Source: Syntrophaceae bacterium UBA6252 (GTDB lineage Bacteria > Desulfobacterota > Syntrophia > Syntrophales > UBA6807). From it: a stretch of DNA of 64,000 nt. Shown piece after piece: positions 1 through 10,100 of this stretch (its first letter is position 1; each line of letters opens with the position of its first letter). The notes below the pieces were generated by a model. The model was not told the DNA's origin. It saw nothing but the letters and a program-made list of their open reading frames with translations, and did not search any database. Location: contig DJVQ01000059.1 in NCBI GenBank assembly GCA_002441265.1, positions 40,940-104,939 of the forward strand. The letters are read 5' to 3'. The position numbers were made by a program, and so were the translations under genes.

Positions 1-2
1 GG

Positions 3-614
3 CTTTCCCGGATGAAGGAACTCGCCCGGCTGTGCGGCATCGACGGGATCATGCACCGGACCATCGGGGAACTCTCCCGGGGGCTGAAACAGCGGGCGGG
101 CATCGCCTCCGCCATGATTTCCGACCCGGAAATCCTGATTCTCGACGAACCCACCGCCGGCCTGGATCCGAACCAGGTGGCGGAAATCCGCGACATCATC
201 CGGGATGCCGGCCGGGAAAAGACGGTTATCCTGTCCACCCACATCCTGAGCGAAGCGGAGGCCACCTGCAACCGGATCATGATCATCGACAGGGGCCGGA
301 TCGTCGCGGACGACGCCACGATCGCCCTGACCCAGGCGGCCGGAGGCCGGGCGGTGATTCACCTGGAACTCGGAAAGGCGGACCCCGACGCGGTGGCGGC
401 CCTCCTGGGGACCGTGGAAGGCGTCGAGACGGTCGAACACGGGGAGGGCGGGGGGCAGGGCCTCTTCCGCTGCCGCCTGCTTTGCAGGGCCGTTCCCGGC
501 CTCCGGGAACGGATCTACGGAAAGATCAGGGAAACCGACTGGGTCCTGACGGAGTTTCATCAGGAGACCCAGACCCTGGAAACCATCTTCCGCGAACTGA
601 CCAGGGAGGCCTGA
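3..614 (+). CDS. ABC transporter ATP-binding protein, 5'-truncated by window edge (GldA-like)
   Basis: The reading frame is open from nt 3. It has the ABC signature LSRGLKQR, Walker B ILILDEPTAGLD and H-loop STH. The N-terminal Walker A part is missing, lying upstream of the window. An ABC-2 permease follows directly. Confidence 0.9.
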   Translation, partial: LSRMKELARLCGIDGIMHRTIGELSRGLKQRAGIASAMISDPEILILDEPTAGLDPNQVAEIRDIIRDAGREKTVILSTHILSEAEATCNRIMIIDRGRIVADDATIALTQAAGGRAVIHLELGKADPDAVAALLGTVEGVETVEHGEGGGQGLFRCRLLCRAVPGLRERIYGKIRETDWVLTEFHQETQTLETIFRELTREA

Positions 615-615
615 C

Positions 616-1317
616 ATGAGAGCGCTGCAGATCTTCTCGAAGGAACTTCGCGACTACTTCGTTTCCCCCATCGCATACATCGTCATTTCCGTATTCCTTC
701 TGGTCACGGGATGGTTTTTCTTTTCGCCGTTTTTCATCTTCGATCAGGCGAGCCTGAGGGATTTCTTCAACCTGCTGCCTCCCGTGTTTTCATTCATCAT
801 TCCCGCAATGACCATGCGGCTCTTTTCCGAGGAATTCAATACCGGGTCCTACGAGATCCTGGAAACCCTCCCGGTCAACGGGCGGGACATCGTTCTCGGC
901 AAGTTCCTGGCGGTGGCGGCCCTGGTGGCGGCCCTCCTCGTCCCGACCCTGTCCTACGCCGTTTCCGTTTCCTTTCTCGGGGACCTGGACTGGGGCCCCG
1001 TGGCGGGCGGGTACATCGGCGCCCTCTTCCTCGGCGGCGCCTACGGGGCCATCGGGCTCTTCGCGTCGTCCCTGACGAAAAACCAGATCGTCGCCTTCAT
1101 CATCGGCGCCGCCCTGTGCTTCGCGCTGACCCTGGTGAACAAGATGGTTTTCTTCTTCCCCGCCTCCGTCGCTTCCGTCCTCGGTTTTCTCGGGGCGGAT
1201 GCCCATTTCCAGAACATCGCCCGGGGCGTTCTGGATTCCCGGGACCTCCTCTATTTCGTAAGCATCATGTTCCTCGGACTCTACGGGACCTCGGCGGTCC
1301 TCGAGGCAAGAAAATAG
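616..1317 (+). CDS. ABC-2 type transporter permease (GldF-like)
   Basis: 233 aa, starting 2 nt after the ATPase stop. It has multiple hydrophobic helices typical of ABC-2 permeases, and it sits between an ABC ATPase and a GldG-like gene. Confidence 0.8.
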   Translation: MRALQIFSKELRDYFVSPIAYIVISVFLLVTGWFFFSPFFIFDQASLRDFFNLLPPVFSFIIPAMTMRLFSEEFNTGSYEILETLPVNGRDIVLGKFLAVAALVAALLVPTLSYAVSVSFLGDLDWGPVAGGYIGALFLGGAYGAIGLFASSLTKNQIVAFIIGAALCFALTLVNKMVFFFPASVASVLGFLGADAHFQNIARGVLDSRDLLYFVSIMFLGLYGTSAVLEARK

Positions 1318-1334
1318 CGAAGGAGGGCGCCGCC

Positions 1335-3503
1335 GTGAAGACGAAAAAAAGCTTTCCCATCCGAATCGTCCTGTACATCGTGCTCATCGTTCTCATCAAC
1401 GTCGCCGGGATGAACCTGTTCTTCCGGACCGACCTCACCGCCAGCGGCGCCTATTCCCTTTCTGATGCGAGCCGCCGGGCCGTTTCCTCCCTGTCGGAAC
1501 CGCTCACCATCAAGGCCTTCTTCAGCAAGGATCTGCCGGCGCCGTACAACGGAACGGCGCGGTACCTGCGGGACCTTCTCGAGGAATACGGGATCTACGG
1601 GAACCGTTACTTCAATTACCAGTTCCTCGAGGTGGCCCCCGAGGATTCCCCCGGAAAGGCCGGGGAAAACGAGGACGTCGCGAGGAACTACGGAATCCAC
1701 CCCATCCAGATCCAGCACATCGAAAAGGACGAGGTGAAGTTCAAGAAAGTGTTCATGGGGATCGTCATCCTCCACGGCAACCTCATCGAGAAGATCCCCT
1801 CCGTCACGTCCAGCGACGGCCTGGAATACCGGATCACCACCGCCATCCTGAAACTGCACGGCAAGATCGGCGCCCTCCTGGGCCTCGATGGAAAGGTGGC
1901 GGTGACGCTCTTCCAGTCTTCTTCCCTCGATGCCGTGGCCCCGTTCATCAACGTGAAGGAACTGCCCCGGCTGCCGGAGCGGATGGCCGAACTCGTGAAG
2001 GACCTGAACGGAAAGAACTACGACAAGCTCGCCTTCGCCGTGGTCGATCCGGAAAAGGGAGAGACGGAGAGGGCGGAGGCTCGGAAATACGGCCTCATGA
2101 GGCTCCGCTGGCCCGCCCTGGAGGAACGCAACCTCGCTGCGGGCGAGGGCGTCATCGGCCTCGTCATGGAATACGGCGGAAAAACGGTGGAGATCCCGGT
2201 CCTGGACGTCCTTCAGATCCCCCTCCTGGGGACCAGCTACCGGCTGGCGGAGATGGACCGGATCCGGGAACAGATCGAGGGGAATCTGGACGGTCTCATC
2301 GGCATCTATGAAAACGTCGGCTACCTCGCCGATCACGGAACCCTGCCCATCTACGAGGTTCCCGGGATGGAAGACAGCGGCGACAGCGCCTCCAGCTTCC
2401 ATTCCCTCCTGTCCAGGAACTATACGCTCAAAGATGTCCGGATGAAGGAAGGGGCGCTGCTCGACAACTTCAACAGCCTCATCATCGCGGGGCCCAGGGA
2501 GAAATTCACCGACTACGAACTGTTCCAGCTGGACCAGCTCCTCATGAAGGGCAAGAACCTGGCCCTTTTCCTGGACGCCTACCGGGAGGAGGAGCCCCCG
2601 GCGAACCAGCCGAACCGGTACAATGCCGGCGGCGTCCTCGCCCCGCTCGATACGGGCCTGGAAAAGCTCGTCGCGCACTACGGCGTATCGGTGGCAAGGG
2701 CCTACGTCCTCGACGAGAGCTGCTTCCGGCAGCGGATGCCCGCCCAGGCCGGGGGAGGGGATCGGGCGCTGTATTTCGTGCCGATCATCAAAAGCGGGAA
2801 CATCCTGCGGGACGCCCCCTTCATGAAGAACATCCGCGGCCTCGCGGTCATGAAGGCCTCACCCCTGGAACTGAAGGAAGACCGGATCCGGGAGGAGGGC
2901 GTCAAGGCGACGGAACTCTTCACCTCGTCCGACCGTTCCTGGACCTTGAAAGACGTGCCGAACCTGAACGCCCTTCTGATGCAGGTTCCGCCCCCGGAGA
3001 AGGAAATGGGGAAATCGCCCCTGGCCGTCCTGCTCGAAGGGCCCTTTTCGAGCTATTTCAAGGGAAAACCGATTCCGGAGCGGCAGGCGGAAGAAAAGGA
3101 AGGCGGTGAGAGCGGCCGTGCCGCCGAAGCCGCGCCGCCGGTGGAGCGGGAGGGAGGCGTGATCGAGCAGGGGAAACCGGGAAAGATCTTCCTCATCGGG
3201 ACGTCGGACATCCTGAGAAACCAGATGGTGGACGAGCAGGGCGGCAGCCCGAACAGCGTCTTTCTCCTGAACGTGATCGACCACCTGAACAACCGCGACG
3301 ACATCGCCGTCATGCGGGGGAAGGCGCAGGAGCTCAATCCTCTCGCGGACACGAGCCCGTGGGCGAAAACGGCGGTGAAGGTCTTCAACATCGCGGGCCT
3401 TCCGGTCCTGGTGGTCCTCTTCGGACTCGTGGTCTGGGCCTTGAGGGTTTCAAGGAAAAAAGCCATCCGGGAAATGTTCGCTCCCGGGGGAGGTACGCCA
3501 TGA
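1335..3503 (+). CDS. GldG-like ABC transporter accessory protein
   Basis: The long track ORF 711..3503 overlaps the permease, so I place the start at in-frame GTG 1335, with AGGAGGG 7 nt upstream. There is an N-terminal TM helix (IRIVLYIVLIVLINVAG) and a C-terminal TM helix (VFNIAGLPVLVVLFGLVVWAL) around a large soluble domain, as in GldG-family proteins. Confidence 0.7.
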   Translation: MKTKKSFPIRIVLYIVLIVLINVAGMNLFFRTDLTASGAYSLSDASRRAVSSLSEPLTIKAFFSKDLPAPYNGTARYLRDLLEEYGIYGNRYFNYQFLEVAPEDSPGKAGENEDVARNYGIHPIQIQHIEKDEVKFKKVFMGIVILHGNLIEKIPSVTSSDGLEYRITTAILKLHGKIGALLGLDGKVAVTLFQSSSLDAVAPFINVKELPRLPERMAELVKDLNGKNYDKLAFAVVDPEKGETERAEARKYGLMRLRWPALEERNLAAGEGVIGLVMEYGGKTVEIPVLDVLQIPLLGTSYRLAEMDRIREQIEGNLDGLIGIYENVGYLADHGTLPIYEVPGMEDSGDSASSFHSLLSRNYTLKDVRMKEGALLDNFNSLIIAGPREKFTDYELFQLDQLLMKGKNLALFLDAYREEEPPANQPNRYNAGGVLAPLDTGLEKLVAHYGVSVARAYVLDESCFRQRMPAQAGGGDRALYFVPIIKSGNILRDAPFMKNIRGLAVMKASPLELKEDRIREEGVKATELFTSSDRSWTLKDVPNLNALLMQVPPPEKEMGKSPLAVLLEGPFSSYFKGKPIPERQAEEKEGGESGRAAEAAPPVEREGGVIEQGKPGKIFLIGTSDILRNQMVDEQGGSPNSVFLLNVIDHLNNRDDIAVMRGKAQELNPLADTSPWAKTAVKVFNIAGLPVLVVLFGLVVWALRVSRKKAIREMFAPGGGTP

Positions 3504-4468
3504 AACGGAGAAGGGAAGTCCTCGTTCTGATCCTTCTCATCGCCGCCCTGGCGCTCTACCTTCTGTTCCGGGACCGGGACGGGACCCGGTACGAACTGCC
3601 AGTCCCTCCGAAGATGGAAACGGGGAAGATCACCGCCCTCGCGATCTCCCGCGGAGGGGAGAAGGGCTTCGAACTGGTGCGGAAGGACGACGGGTGGGTC
3701 CTCCTCCCCGGCGATTATCCCGCCGACTGGCACAAGGTTGAGGTTCTCCTTGCGGAAATCGCGAAGTTCGACCTGACGGCCATGGTATCGGAATCGAAAA
3801 ATTACGAACCCTACGACCTCACCGGGGACAAAAGGATCCGGGTCGCCGTCCGGGAAGGGGACCGGGAGGCGTTCCGGTTCGACCTGGGAAAGGCGGCCTC
3901 CACCTACCGGCACACCTTTGTCCGGGTGGGGGAAGACCCCAGGGTCTATCATGCCCGGGGGAATCTTCGCTCCCAGTTCGACCGGTCCGCCGCCGACCTG
4001 AGGGACAAGGGGGTGTTGTCCTTCAACCGCGACGAGATCACGGAGATCGCTTTCACGGCCGGGGGGAAGACGGTCCGGTGGCATCGGGAGGAGGCCCCCG
4101 CCGGAGAGGGTGCGGCGCCGTCCGGTGAGGCGAAGAAGGAAGGGGAAAAGAAAAAGATCCGCTGGGTGAGCGACACCGGAGCCGACGCGGCCGGGGATGC
4201 GGCGGCCCGTCTGCTGGAGAGCCTTTCCTCCCTGGCGTGCGACGGCTACTTGGAGGGAAGGAAGAAGGAAGAATTCGGGGAATCCCCGTACGCGATCCGG
4301 CTCAGGGGCCGCGAGGAATACGCCCTCTTCCTGTACCCCGGAAGCGGTGAAGGGGAGGAGAGGGTTTCCGCGGTGTCCTCCGGGAGCCCCTATCCCTTTT
4401 TCCTCGAACGCGGCCGGGTGGACAACCTGAAAAAGACCCTGGAAGCCCTGGAGGGCGGAAAACCGTAA
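3500..4468 (+). CDS. DUF4340-like membrane-anchored protein (ABC module accessory)
   Basis: ATG 3500 overlaps the upstream stop (ATGA). An N-terminal TM helix (VLVLILLIAALALYLLF) is present. The family assignment rests mainly on its usual position after gldG-like genes. Confidence 0.5.
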   Translation: MKRRREVLVLILLIAALALYLLFRDRDGTRYELPVPPKMETGKITALAISRGGEKGFELVRKDDGWVLLPGDYPADWHKVEVLLAEIAKFDLTAMVSESKNYEPYDLTGDKRIRVAVREGDREAFRFDLGKAASTYRHTFVRVGEDPRVYHARGNLRSQFDRSAADLRDKGVLSFNRDEITEIAFTAGGKTVRWHREEAPAGEGAAPSGEAKKEGEKKKIRWVSDTGADAAGDAAARLLESLSSLACDGYLEGRKKEEFGESPYAIRLRGREEYALFLYPGSGEGEERVSAVSSGSPYPFFLERGRVDNLKKTLEALEGGKP

Positions 4469-4509
4469 GCCCGGGGCGTGCCCGCCGGGCGGTTCGGGAG
4501 CTCACAAAG

Positions 4510-5310
4510 ATGAAGCCGATTCTCGTTCAGATCTATGAGATCCAGGATCCCCGGGAGGCGGAAGCCCTTCTCGGCCTCGGGGTGGATCACATGGGGTCGG
4601 TTCTTCTCTCGCGGGAAGGCTGGAGGGTGCCGGCCATCAGGGAGGTGACGGCCCTTCTCGCGGCGGAACACGTCAAAAGCTGTCTCATCCCCCTCTTCAA
4701 CGACATGGAGGACCTCTGCCGGGCCCTGGATTACTATGAGCCCCGGATCCTCCATTTCTGCGAAGCCCTGTCCTTTCCCCGCCCCGGAGGTCCCGACGTC
4801 CGGCGGCTGTGGGAACCCCATTCCATCCTCCAGGAGAGGCTGAAAGCGCGTTATCCCGACCTGGAAATCATGCGTTCCATCCCCGTCCCGAGGGGCGGGA
4901 AAACGGATTCCGCCTCGGCGGGAGAGGCCCTCGGGCGGATGGCGGACTGGTTCGCCCCGGCGAGCGATTATTTTCTCACCGACACCCTCCTGGGGAACTG
5001 GGACGCCCCGGCGTTTTCCGGGGAGCCGGTGGCGGGCTACGTGGGGATCACCGGAGAAACCTGCGACTGGAATATCGTTGGGGCCCTCGTCGCGCGAAGC
5101 GCCGTTCCTGTCATCCTGGCGGGGGGGATCTCGCCGGAAAACGTCCGTGAGGGGATCCTGAGGGTGCGCCCGGCCGGCGTGGACAGCTGCACGGGAACGA
5201 ACGCGCGGGACCCCGGCGGCCGTCCCGTCCGGTTCCGGAAGGACCGGGAAAAGGTGCGCAGGCTCGTGGAGGAGGTCCACCGCACCGAGCGTTCCCTTTC
5301 CATTGGCTGA
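4510..5310 (+). CDS. phosphoribosylanthranilate isomerase-like protein (divergent, stand-alone)
   Basis: The C-terminal half matches the PRAI pattern: GITGETCDW...VPVILAGGISPENV...PAGVDSCTG. At 266 aa it is longer than typical TrpF. No trp genes are nearby. Confidence 0.5.
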   Translation: MKPILVQIYEIQDPREAEALLGLGVDHMGSVLLSREGWRVPAIREVTALLAAEHVKSCLIPLFNDMEDLCRALDYYEPRILHFCEALSFPRPGGPDVRRLWEPHSILQERLKARYPDLEIMRSIPVPRGGKTDSASAGEALGRMADWFAPASDYFLTDTLLGNWDAPAFSGEPVAGYVGITGETCDWNIVGALVARSAVPVILAGGISPENVREGILRVRPAGVDSCTGTNARDPGGRPVRFRKDREKVRRLVEEVHRTERSLSIG

Positions 5311-5452
5311 CCCTTGCGGGGATTTCCCCGGACCGCGGCGCCGGCGGCCCCGCTGTTTACGGGGCTGCCAGGCCCGTCACGACGGGCGCAGGAACGGCGT
5401 TCCGGCGGAACCACACCTTGGGGCCGCCGCCGGATCTTTCGTCAGTCGTACG

Positions 5453-6790
5453 TTACCTGCTTGACGTGCGTTTTCTTCTCGTTTTGAACCGGGCCGATCC
5501 GAAAAAGGACTTGCCCGCGGACTGGAAGGGGGATGCGTTCTGAGAGCCGGAGCCCTGTTGCGCCGGCTGCGGTGTGAAGGCTGCGTTCCCCTGGGGGGAG
5601 GATGGACGGCGTCCTTTTTTCACGGACGTTCCGGTCCTTCCGGACCTGATCCTTAGCGAGGGAACGGGAACGGTGTAGTCGAAATCCTCCAGGGTTCTCC
5701 TTTCAATGGTTTCGCCGAGCAGCCTCTCGAGCGTCCAGACGAAGGCCCGGTCCTCGAGGGTCACGAACGTGAAGGCGGTGCCCGTCCTTTCGGCGCGGCC
5801 GGTGCGGCCGATGCGGTGGATGTAAGCGTCGGCGGTGTCGGGCATGTCGTAGTTGATGACGTGCGAGATCCGGGAAACGTCGATGCCCCGGGCGGCGATG
5901 TCGGTGGCTATGAGGACCTGGTACCTGCCGTTGCGGAACCCGTCCAGGGCTTCCTGCCTCCTGTTCTGCGACAGGTCCCCCTGAAGGGAGGCGACAACGA
6001 ACCCGGCCTTTTTCATCCTGCTCGCCACGCGGGTGGCCCGATCCCTGGTCCGGGTAAAGACGAGCACCGATTCGGTCTTCGTCCGTTCCAGAAGTTTCAT
6101 GAGAAGGGCCGTCTTGAGATGGGGCTCGACGGGGTAGATGGCATGGGAAACGGTCGACACCGGGGCGGTCAACCCGACCTGCATGGTGACCGGGTCCTTG
6201 AGGATTTCCCGGGCGAGCTTCTGGATGTCATCGGGCATGGTGGCGGAGAAGAGCAGGGTCTGCCGTTTTGCCGGGATGCCCTTCAGGATCTTCCGGATAT
6301 CGGGGAGGAAGCCCATGTCGAACATGCGGTCCGCCTCGTCCAGGACGAGGACTTCCACGCCCGCCAGGTCGATGGCTTTCTGTCCCATGAGATCGAGGAG
6401 CCGTCCCGGACAGGCCGTGACGATGTCCACGCCATCTTTCATTTTTTTGATCTGGGGCTCCAGTTTCGTGCCCCCGTAGACGGTGGCGCTCCTCAGTTTC
6501 GTTTTTCCGCCGAGAAGGAGGACGGCCTCATGGGTCTGCTCCGCCAGTTCCCGGGTCGGCGCGATGATGAGGGCCCGGATGCGCCTGCGGGGCCCCTCCA
6601 TGAGCCGGTGCAGGATGGGAAGAACGAAAGCGGCCGTCTTTCCCGTTCCCGTCTGGGCAAGTCCCATGAGGTCCTTGCCTTGGAGAATCGAGGGGATGCA
6701 TTGTGACTGGATGGGGGTGGGGTTGGTGTAGCCTGCCTTGAAGATTCCCGATTCGACATCGGGGTGCAACTCAAATGTCTTGAAACTCAT
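5453..6790 (-). CDS. rhlE: DEAD-box ATP-dependent RNA helicase (RhlE-like)
   Basis: It carries the Q-motif/TPIQ, Walker A AQTGTGKTAAF, VLDEADRM (DEAD box), the SAT motif and HRIGRTGR, plus a basic C-terminal tail. Confidence 0.9.
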   Translation of the reverse strand: MSFKTFELHPDVESGIFKAGYTNPTPIQSQCIPSILQGKDLMGLAQTGTGKTAAFVLPILHRLMEGPRRRIRALIIAPTRELAEQTHEAVLLLGGKTKLRSATVYGGTKLEPQIKKMKDGVDIVTACPGRLLDLMGQKAIDLAGVEVLVLDEADRMFDMGFLPDIRKILKGIPAKRQTLLFSATMPDDIQKLAREILKDPVTMQVGLTAPVSTVSHAIYPVEPHLKTALLMKLLERTKTESVLVFTRTRDRATRVASRMKKAGFVVASLQGDLSQNRRQEALDGFRNGRYQVLIATDIAARGIDVSRISHVINYDMPDTADAYIHRIGRTGRAERTGTAFTFVTLEDRAFVWTLERLLGETIERRTLEDFDYTVPVPSLRIRSGRTGTSVKKGRRPSSPQGNAAFTPQPAQQGSGSQNASPFQSAGKSFFGSARFKTRRKRTSSR

Positions 6791-6870
6791 TCATTTTCCT
6801 TTTTCTTGGTTGATACGGAGCGGTAACGCTCCGTCCGCCCCGTGGGACGGAATGTTTTCGGACCGGCCTT

Positions 6871-7047
6871 TCAGGCGGAAGCGTTTTCCGAAGGCAGATT
6901 TTCGGTCTGATTCTCCGGCATGTCTTCAGAAGTTTCGTTTTTGCGTTTCTTTTTCTCCTGACGCCGTTCCATTTTTTCCTTTGCTTTTCGTTTTCGTTCC
7001 AGTTCCTTCTTCCGCTTGATGAATTGATTCTGTCTGTTTTGCGCCAT
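6871..7047 (-). CDS. small highly basic K/R/E-rich hypothetical protein (58 aa)
   Basis: ATG 7047 is preceded by GGAGGAGG about 5 nt upstream. The sequence is MAQNRQNQFIKRKKELERKRKAKEKMERRQEKKKRK.... It is co-directional with and immediately upstream of the helicase. The coding call rests only on the ORF plus the SD. Confidence 0.4.
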   Translation of the reverse strand: MAQNRQNQFIKRKKELERKRKAKEKMERRQEKKKRKNETSEDMPENQTENLPSENASA

Positions 7048-7105
7048 GCACCTCCTCCGGTGTCGGGAAGCGGCCATGGCCTCTCAGGATTCTGTATGGA
7101 CCCCT

Positions 7106-7141
7106 AAAAAAAAACCCAGATGCCTTCCACTGGCTCTGGGT
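7106..7141 (-). terminator. rho-independent terminator of the RND efflux operon
   Basis: The minus strand reads ACCCAGA-(14 nt loop)-TCTGGGT followed by a run of nine T. It lies about 60 nt downstream of the RND permease stop. Confidence 0.6.
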
Positions 7142-7198
7142 CCCGATCCAAAACCGCTTCAAAGAATAGGTAATTCATACTCCCTTCCGCCCGGGATG

Positions 7199-10100
7199 TC
7201 AAGCGTTATTTGACGAAGGAAGTCCGCCGCCGGAAAGGTCTCCCGTGTTCCCGCCGTTTCGTTCCTCCCATTTCACGATTCCAAGATCGAGGACGGCGAT
7301 GGCGTAAAGGACGGGCACGAGAAGGAGGGTGATGAACGTGGCCACCGTGAGGCCGCCGATCTGGGCGAAGCAGAGGGGCTGCCAGAGGGTGCCGCCGTGG
7401 ATCGCCAGGGGGAAGAGGGCGAAGACCGTCGCGGCCACGGTGATCATGACGGGCCTGAGCCGGACGATTCCCGCGTCCAGGAGGGCCTGCTGGAGAGGTT
7501 CCCCCTTCTGGTGCATTTCCTCGATGAAGTCGAAAAGAACGATGATGTGGCTGATGATGACGCCGATGAGGCTGATCACGCCGAGGAAGGCCATGAAGCC
7601 GAAGGATGTGCCCATGACGGAGAGGGCGATCACCGCGCCGGCCATCCCGTAGGGAATGGCGGCGAAGACGATGAAGGGCTTCACGGCGTTCTTGAACTGG
7701 ATCACGAGGGCGATGAAGATGGCGAAAATGGAGATGATCATGACAAGGGTGAGCTGTTTGAACCCCTTGATCTGTTCCTCCTGCTCGCCGCCGATTTCAA
7801 GCCTGTAGCCCGGGGGCAGGGTCCTGGCGAGTTCGTTCAGCATGGGCACGGCCTTTTTGATGACCTGCGAGGGGAGAACCCCGGGGATGGGGAAGCAGGA
7901 AACGGTGAACGTCCTGAACTGGTTTCTCCGCATGATCGTCCCCGTTTCCATGGCGTAATCGATCGTGGAGACCTGGCGCAGCGGCACTTTCTGGTTACCT
8001 TCCAGGGAATAGACGTAGAGGTTCTCGATATCCGAGAGCTGGGCACGCTCCTGCTGGCGCAGCCGGACCAGAATGGGAATCTGGCGGTTCCCCTCCCGGA
8101 GGACCGACACGGGAAAGCCGCTCATCCCCGCCACGGAGGACAGGGCCACGTCGAGATTGCTGACTCCGGCCAGGTTCGCCCGGTCGGGGTCCACGCGGAG
8201 ACGGACGGCGAAACTTTCCGCACCCCAGTTGTCCCGGATCCGTTCCGCTTCCGGGATGGACCGGAAAATCTCCTTCAGCTTTCCCGCGAATTCCCGCAGG
8301 GTCGGGATGTCCTCGCCGGAAAGGCGGACCGATACGGGAATGCCGACGGGCTCGGCGTTTTCCAGTTGCCGCACGTCGAGCCGGGCTCCCGCGATCTCCC
8401 GGGAGAGAACGTCCTGGATGGCGTCCGCCAGCCGTTCCGTGTCGCGCTTGTCGTACATCTGGAGGATCAACTGGGCGTAATGGAGCTGCTGCTGCTCCGG
8501 CTGGGCCGCAAGCCAGAACCGGGGGCCGCCGCCCCCGACGAAGGAGGTGATGGAACGGAGGTGGCTTCCGCCGCCGGGCCGTTCCGTCGCCCGCTGGACT
8601 GCCGCTTCCGCCTGGACTGCGACGGCGTTCGTCTCCGAAAGGGTCGCATCCTCGGGAAGCCAGACGTCGACGTAGGAGAGGGCGTTCGTGTCCTTCGGGA
8701 AGAACTGGGTCTTCAGATGGGAGAACAGGAACCCGCCCAGGACGAGAAACGTCAGGGATGCGGCGAGAACCTTCCAGCGGTTGGCGATGGCGAAACCGCC
8801 CACCCGGAAATACAGCCCCGTGAACCCCCTGGTTCTTCTTTCCTCCATGGACGGCTCCATTTTCTTCCCCTTCCTGAGAAGGTGAAAGGAAAGAAGCGGC
8901 GTGAAGGTGAGGGAAACGATCCAGGAGCAGACGAGGGCGCAGGTCAGGACCACGGGCAGGGTGTACAGGAACCGGCCGATGTCCCCCTTCAGGATGAGGA
9001 AGGGGAGGTAGGCCACGATGTTCGTGACCGTGGCGAAGAACATGGCCTTGGCGAGCTTCGTCGGACCGGTCCATGCGGCGGTGAGGGGCGGAGTTCCCGT
9101 GGCGAGTTCACGCTTGATGGCGTCCCCCGCGACGACGGGGACGTCGACGAGAAGCCCCAGGGAGAGGATGAGGGAACCGATGGAAACCTGCTGGAGGTCG
9201 AGACCCAGAAGATGCATCATTCCGAAGGTCATGGCCAGCGTCAGGGGGATCGCCGCCGCCAGGAGCAGTGCGGAACGCCATTCCCAGAAACCGATGAATG
9301 CGATCAGGACGACGAGGGCGATGGCCTCGTAGAGGCTTTTCATGAAAAGATCGACGTTTTCCTTGACCTGGAGCGGCTGGTCGGAGGTCTTGGCGAGGAT
9401 CAGGTCCTCCGGGAGCCTCCGTTTCAGGTTTTCCATCATGCCGTCGACCGCTCTTCCGAAGGCGTCGACCTTTTCGTCCGGCCGCATCTGAACGGCCAGT
9501 GTAACCGACCGGTTCCGCTGCCACGCGCCCGACCCGTCCCGCCAGGTGTAAAAGTTGAGGAACCGGGCGGGATTCTCGTATCCCCGCAGGACGTCCACGA
9601 GGTCCCGGAGATACACGGGGGCTCCCTGGGCCGTCGCGGCGATGATCACGTCGCCGATCTCCCGCTCGCTCTTGAATTCCCCGGAGGGGTCGATGGAAAG
9701 GTTTCTTCCCGTGGCCTCGAAGATCCCCCCGGGAAGGGTGATATTCCGGGCGTACAGGAGATCTCTGATTTTCCCCGGCTGAAGGCCGTAGGCGGCGAGA
9801 CGTTCCTGGGAATATTCCAGAAAGATCCGTTCCGGGAGGATCCCGTGCCGGGTGACCTTGGATACTTCGGGGACCGTGTGGAGGGTTTTCTGGATGAGGT
9901 CGGTGAAATCGTCCAGCTCCCGGTAGGTGTACTTGTCTCCCGCGGAGCGGGCGAGGATTTCCCTCGCCGCCATGGGGTCGCGGATCAGGACGGGAGGCCA
10001 CGAGTCGGGGTGGAATTCCGATGCATGGAGCCGTTCCCGGATGAAACGTTCCCCGTAGGCGCGGAGTTCCCCGTCCGTCTTTTCCGTGAGGCCGTCCAGG

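Noticed and set aside
711-1334. The N-terminal 208 codons of track ORF 711..3503, which would overlap the ABC-2 permease in another frame.
   Set aside because: This part is R/P/G-rich and overlaps a genuine permease. A GTG with a strong SD at 1335 gives the expected TM-anchored GldG-like N-terminus.
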